Origin: Candidatus Poribacteria bacterium
GTDB lineage: Bacteria > Poribacteria > WGA-4E > PCPOR2b
Assembly (NCBI GenBank): GCA_965218095.1
Contig: OZ244587.1
Span: 5,856,001-5,920,000, forward strand
Length of the DNA: 64,000 nucleotides
Reading direction: 5' to 3'
Shown here: positions 59,529-64,000 of the stretch, in pieces
Layout of the letters: each line of letters opens with the position of its first letter
How positions within the stretch are numbered: position 1 is the first letter of the stretch
Program-made: the position numbers and the translations under genes
The notes under the pieces: generated by a model
Told to the model about the DNA's origin: nothing
Databases searched by the model: none
Seen by the model: only the letters and a program-made list of their open reading frames with translations

Positions 59529-61079
59529 ATGCAATTTGACTATATCATTCACGGGGGAACCGTTGTCGATGGCACGGGCAGTCGTGAACCCTTCCCGGCA
59601 GATGTTGGCGTCATACGTGACCGGATTGCCGCCCTCGGCGACCTGGACACCGCCGAGGCAAACCGGGTAATCGACGCGCATGGACAGGTCGTGAGCCCTG
59701 GTTTCATCGATGTCCACGTTCACTCGGAGATTGCCTTGTTGGGTGGCAGAGACCAACTGGGAGGCGTCCGTCAGGGTGTGACCACTCATCTCACAGCGCC
59801 GGATGGCTTTGGTTGGGCGCCCCTCTCACCGGAGAAGGTGAGAGAAATGTGGAAATATACCCAATTCATTTATGACTCTCCTGACCTCTCCCTCGACTGG
59901 CGCAGCGCCGAGGATTATCTGAGTATTTTTCCCGGTCGTATTCCCGCCAACGTTTATCCGCAGGTACCTCACTGCGCTGTTCGCTTAGGAGCGATGGGGT
60001 GGGATGCCCGTCTAGCAACTGACGAAGAACTGAAGGCAATGGTAAGAACCACCCGTGAATGGCTGGAAGCGGGGGCATGTTGTCTGTGCCTGGGGCTTGA
60101 CTATCAACCGAGCGCCAACGCTGATCTGCGAGAGCTTGTTACCCTGTGTAAAGTTGCAGCTTCGTATGGGGCGATCTATGCCGCGCATATCCGCTACCGG
60201 ACCCTCGGTCGAAAAAAGGCGTGGGAAGAAACCTTTGAGCTTGCCCGGCAAAGCGGTATTCCCGTTCATATCTCTCATGAACGGGTGGACGAGGAGACAG
60301 CAGATCTACTTGAACGGGTAGACCGTGAAGGAATTGATCTGACCTTCGAGTCATATCTCTATCCTGCTGGGATGACCCACATGGCGCTTATGCTGCCGAT
60401 GGAGTTTCAGGCTGGAAGTCCGGAGGAGGTACTGGCGAAGCTAAAACACCCACAAACACGAGAGAAGTCCTTGCCTTATATCCGGGGGCAGATTGGTCAA
60501 TCTGGCAATCAGATCGTTGGGAATACTCGCTCCGGTCGGTTTATCGGCATGACTCTGGCAGAAGCAGCAGAGCGCGTGAATAAGTCCTGGGAGGAATTTG
60601 CTTACGATCTGATGGTTGAGGAGGACCGGACAGAGACGCTTGTCTTCCCATGGCAGACGCCTCCCGAAGAAAATGAAGTAACCCTCGACCAAACAGCTGT
60701 TCACCCCCGAATGATGATTGCCAGCGATGGTGTTTACAATATTCAGCATCCCCACCCGCGTGGTTACGGCTGCTTTGTGCAGTTTCTCAGGCGGTTCGTG
60801 CGAGAGCGCAAGTTGATTTCTCTGCAGGAAGCCGTCCACAAGATGAGTGGATTTGCGGCAGAACGTTTTGGGCTCAAAGATCGAGGCTGTATCGCTGAAG
60901 GCTTGGCGGCGGATCTGGTCGTTTTCGATCCGGAAACCGTTGCTGATCGTTCGACCTGGCAGGAACCGGTGCAGCCGGCAATTGGTGTGGACTGGGTGCT
61001 GGTCAATGGTGTGCCGGTGATTGAACAAGGGAATCCGACAGGGCAGCTACCGGGACGGAGCCTGCGACACTCACCCTGA
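59529..61079 (+). CDS. N-acyl-D-amino-acid deacylase (amidohydrolase)
   Basis: PGFIDVHVH, ASDG, HPRGYG, ADLVVFD. Confidence 0.9.
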   Translation: MQFDYIIHGGTVVDGTGSREPFPADVGVIRDRIAALGDLDTAEANRVIDAHGQVVSPGFIDVHVHSEIALLGGRDQLGGVRQGVTTHLTAPDGFGWAPLSPEKVREMWKYTQFIYDSPDLSLDWRSAEDYLSIFPGRIPANVYPQVPHCAVRLGAMGWDARLATDEELKAMVRTTREWLEAGACCLCLGLDYQPSANADLRELVTLCKVAASYGAIYAAHIRYRTLGRKKAWEETFELARQSGIPVHISHERVDEETADLLERVDREGIDLTFESYLYPAGMTHMALMLPMEFQAGSPEEVLAKLKHPQTREKSLPYIRGQIGQSGNQIVGNTRSGRFIGMTLAEAAERVNKSWEEFAYDLMVEEDRTETLVFPWQTPPEENEVTLDQTAVHPRMMIASDGVYNIQHPHPRGYGCFVQFLRRFVRERKLISLQEAVHKMSGFAAERFGLKDRGCIAEGLAADLVVFDPETVADRSTWQEPVQPAIGVDWVLVNGVPVIEQGNPTGQLPGRSLRHSP

Positions 61080-61288
61080 CGAGGAAAAGGGGAAATTGGA
61101 AAGTAAAAAGTGAAGATTGTATCTTTGTTGGGCTCACATTTAAGCACCTTCCAAATCATTTAGGGCAGCGCAATTGATTGCATCCCAATCCATCGGGGTC
61201 ATTGTGCGTCTGCGGCGGGCGATGAATCAACCGACTGCGAACCAAAAACCCTAAAGACTTTTGAATCTCTTCAGGAGGAAGCATTCGG

Positions 61289-62101
61289 ATGAAAGTTTAC
61301 ATTGGTACAGATAGCGAGGGCCAAGCGTGTGTCACACGCGAGAAAGACCCCAACACGGTCTATGGCCCCTGGCAAGGCGAGTACATTCGCAAACGAGCAA
61401 CAGAGGAGACGACAGCGGTGGTAGAAGCTGCCCGGGAGGCTGGAGCGACCGACATCCTCGTTCAAGATGTCGGCTTCATACGAGGTGTCTCTCCGGGCGG
61501 GCTGATACTTCACTATGACAACCTCCCCCGTGGCATTCGCATCGGTCTGGGCGGGGCACCTTTACACCGCGTGATAGATGAGAGCTTTGACGCAGTCATT
61601 CTGCTGGGCCACCATGCGATGGCGGGCATCGAAGATGGCGTGATGGCGCATACCTTCAGTTCTCTGGAGATCGAGAATATGTGGCTCAACGGGAGGCGCA
61701 TCGGGGAGATCGCTGTCGAAGCCCTGATATTCGGCGTCTTCGGTGTGCCGGTGGTCATGGTCTCCGGCGATGAGGCGGGCTGTCGGGAAGCCCAGGAATG
61801 GCTCGGCGACGTGGAGGTGGCCCCGGTGAAACAAGGGTTGGGGACGCACTGGGCTATCTCGCTCCATCCAGCCGACGCCGATGACCTCATCCGTGAAAAG
61901 ACCAGAGTGGCGCTTCAGCGATTGAGCGATTTCAAGCCGTTCACGGCGCCTCCTCCCCTTAAACTAAGGGTCGATTGCTATACCGAAGAGCAGGCGCAGC
62001 AGCGGTTTGCGCTGGAGAAGAACGCCACATGGATCGGGCCAAAGAGTTTCGTCATCCGAACCGATACACCGCTTGACTTCAACAGGCAGATGTGTGCATG
62101 A
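61289..62101 (+). CDS. M55 family D-aminopeptidase (DppA-like)
   Basis: MKVYIGTDSEG, GHHA, HT, VSGD. Confidence 0.88.
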   Translation: MKVYIGTDSEGQACVTREKDPNTVYGPWQGEYIRKRATEETTAVVEAAREAGATDILVQDVGFIRGVSPGGLILHYDNLPRGIRIGLGGAPLHRVIDESFDAVILLGHHAMAGIEDGVMAHTFSSLEIENMWLNGRRIGEIAVEALIFGVFGVPVVMVSGDEAGCREAQEWLGDVEVAPVKQGLGTHWAISLHPADADDLIREKTRVALQRLSDFKPFTAPPPLKLRVDCYTEEQAQQRFALEKNATWIGPKSFVIRTDTPLDFNRQMCA

Positions 62102-62145
62102 TCAGGCACAATTTTTCGAGTGAAATCACAGGAGATTAGGACACT

Positions 62146-63722
62146 ATGCCCAAGATGACCGGTGGTCAGGCGCTGGCGAAATCGCTGTATCGAGCGGGCG
62201 TGCGCGTGGTGTTCGGACTGCCAGGTGCAGGACAGTATGAGGCAACCGATGCGATTTATGAAGAGCCTCGCATTCGCTATTTCACCACCCACCACGAGCA
62301 GGTAACCAGCTACATGGCAGACGGATATGCGCGTGTCAGCGGCGAAATTGCGGCGGCGTTGGTGGTTCCGGGAGCAGGGCTATTCAATGCGTCCATGGGC
62401 ATTGCTACCGCGTACGCCGTATCTTCGCCCATGCTGATGGTAACTGGCGTACATCACCTTGGCCATACAGGCGAGGCTGACGACGATATGGCTTGGATAC
62501 GCCCGATGACCAAGTGAGCGTCGCGTGCCCAGAGTCCCGCCGACGTTCCGGCGGTCGTTCATGAAGCCTTCCGCTGCTTGAAGACGGCCCCCCCCCACGT
62601 CCTGTCCTCATTGAGGTTTCACACGAAGTGTTGGCGGGAGAGGAAGACGTCGAGTTGATTGCGCCGGAGGCGTATGACCGCCCTGGCGGTAATCCTGAAC
62701 ATATCGACGGTGCCGCGCAAATCTTGGCAGATGCACAGCGTCCGGCCATCTAGGCTGGGGGTGGCGTTATCAGTTCGGACGCTTCCCAAGCCCTAAAAGC
62801 GTTATCTGGGCGCCTCCAAGCACCGGTGGTGACCTCCCGGAATGGGAAAGGCACCATATCCGACCGGCACGCTCTCTGCTTGGGCTTGGCAGAACTCCGC
62901 TACCTACCGCTCAGACGATGGCTGGAACAACGTGACGTCATCCTGGATGTGGGAACCCAGGCCGGTTTCGGGGAGCAGCTCAAAGCGCAGCAAGTCATCC
63001 GCATAGACATAGATGAGGCGGAGATCGGGCGCAAGAACCACCATAGCTTCGGCATTTTGGGGGGCGCACGCCTTTGCCTGGAGGCGCTCTATCGTGTGGT
63101 CTCAGCCACGACGCCACCTCGCCTAAGCTGTGCGGAGGAGGTAGCTGCCATCAACGCAAAACAGTTCGACCCCACGTCCGAACTCCAACCCCAATTGGAC
63201 CTCATGCAGGCGGTCCGGGCAGCAATGCCTGATGATGGCATCCTGGTCCAGGGCACGAATCAGATAGGATACTACAGCCGTAACTACTATCCCGTGTATG
63301 AATCCCGGACTTGCTTCACCGCGGCGGGTAACCTCGGCGTCGCATTTCCGATGGCACTCGGCGCTAAGGTGGTAAAGCCTAATAAGGCTGTCGTGGCGCT
63401 CTTCGGCGACGGCGGTTTCCTCTACAACTCCCAGTAGTTGGCGACGGCTGTCCAGTATGGCATCAACGCGGTGGTCATCGTATTCAACGACAACGCCTAC
63501 GGCAATATCCTGCGCGCCCAGATTGAACAGTTCAATGGCCATATCCTGGGGATGCAACTGTACAACCCGGACTTCGTCAAGCTTGCCGAAGCTTACGGCG
63601 CTCGGGGCGTGAAAGCAGAGGGTGCTGAACAGTTGGAAGCAGTATTGCGCAAGGCATTCACTATTGACGCACCGACTCTCATCGATCGAGGTTCCTGTAG
63701 TAGGCATGATGGTCAATATTAA
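62146..63722 (+). pseudogene. ThDP-binding enzyme pseudogene
   Basis: HEQ..YMADGYAR and GDGGF motifs; stops at 62515 (TGA), 62751 (TAG) and 63435 (TAG); frameshift in poly-C near 62590. Confidence 0.9.
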
Positions 63723-63827
63723 AAGCGATGACAGCAATCGATGCCGCTTATTACACAAAACCGAGGAGCATTGTTACTCGGAAGCAGACGAGGTCACCTA
63801 TGGCCTCTACAATTCTGGAGCAAAACC

Positions 63828-64000
63828 ATCAAACTCACCGAACAACAAACCAATTTCTTCAACACCTTTGGCTACTTGATGTTTCCCGGACTGTTTTCGC
63901 CCAGCGAGATTGCCTGGATTACCGAAGAGTTTGAAATCTCTATCCAGACCGTCGGCGGGGGCAAAGCACACAACGGGTCAAAGCGAACCATGTTCGGCGG
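63828..64000 (+). CDS. Phytanoyl-CoA dioxygenase (PhyH) family, runs off window end; start codon reads ATC
   Basis: KLTEQQTNFFNTFGYLMFPGLFSPSEIAWITEEFE; GGAG RBS 7 nt before ATC. Confidence 0.65.
   Translation, partial: MKLTEQQTNFFNTFGYLMFPGLFSPSEIAWITEEFEISIQTVGGGKAHNGSKRTMFG

Noticed and set aside
62515-62517. TGA as selenocysteine in the ThDP gene
   Set aside because: It falls at a typical Trp position (TKW), and the gene has additional TAGs and a frameshift.

Overview
This is a bacterial chromosomal window of about 50% GC. The gene content (PhyH dioxygenase, SDRs, futalosine-pathway MqnD, Sel1/TPR proteins, heptamer-rich intergenic repeats) suggests a Poribacteria-like or PVC-like organism; that assignment is inference. 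A long minus-strand housekeeping run covers 30.2-45.0 kb (tatA-tatC, zinc ribbon, amidase, pgeF, yggS, proC, yggT, an IleRS-like gene, lspA, def, fmt, PASTA, rpe, rsmE, thiE). The window also holds modEABC, ychF, mqnD, tRNA-Asn, an ECF sigma/anti-sigma/TPR/HtrA cluster, a mobile-element pile-up at 7.4-11.0 kb, and many decayed catabolic genes. Main observations: (1) An ORF-less group II intron (7431-9187) sits inside a start codon (A|TG). Its EBS1 pairs with the bases before the splice site, its candidate EBS2 is an anti-Shine-Dalgarno sequence (ACCTCC), and an IS982 is inserted in a hairpin tip within it. (2) An intact 823-aa IleRS homologue at the ileS-lspA locus lacks HIGH, KMSKS and the editing motifs but keeps four CxxC motifs. 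(3) A candidate new selenoprotein lipoprotein has an in-frame TGA, a SECIS-like hairpin and 52 more open codons. (4) An HtrA lacks its catalytic triad. (5) A di-heme PPC-domain protein is split by two in-frame TAGs. (6) An unassigned structured RNA follows a consensus promoter at 13.15 kb. (7) Two MITE-like repeat families and two 19-bp VNTRs are present.
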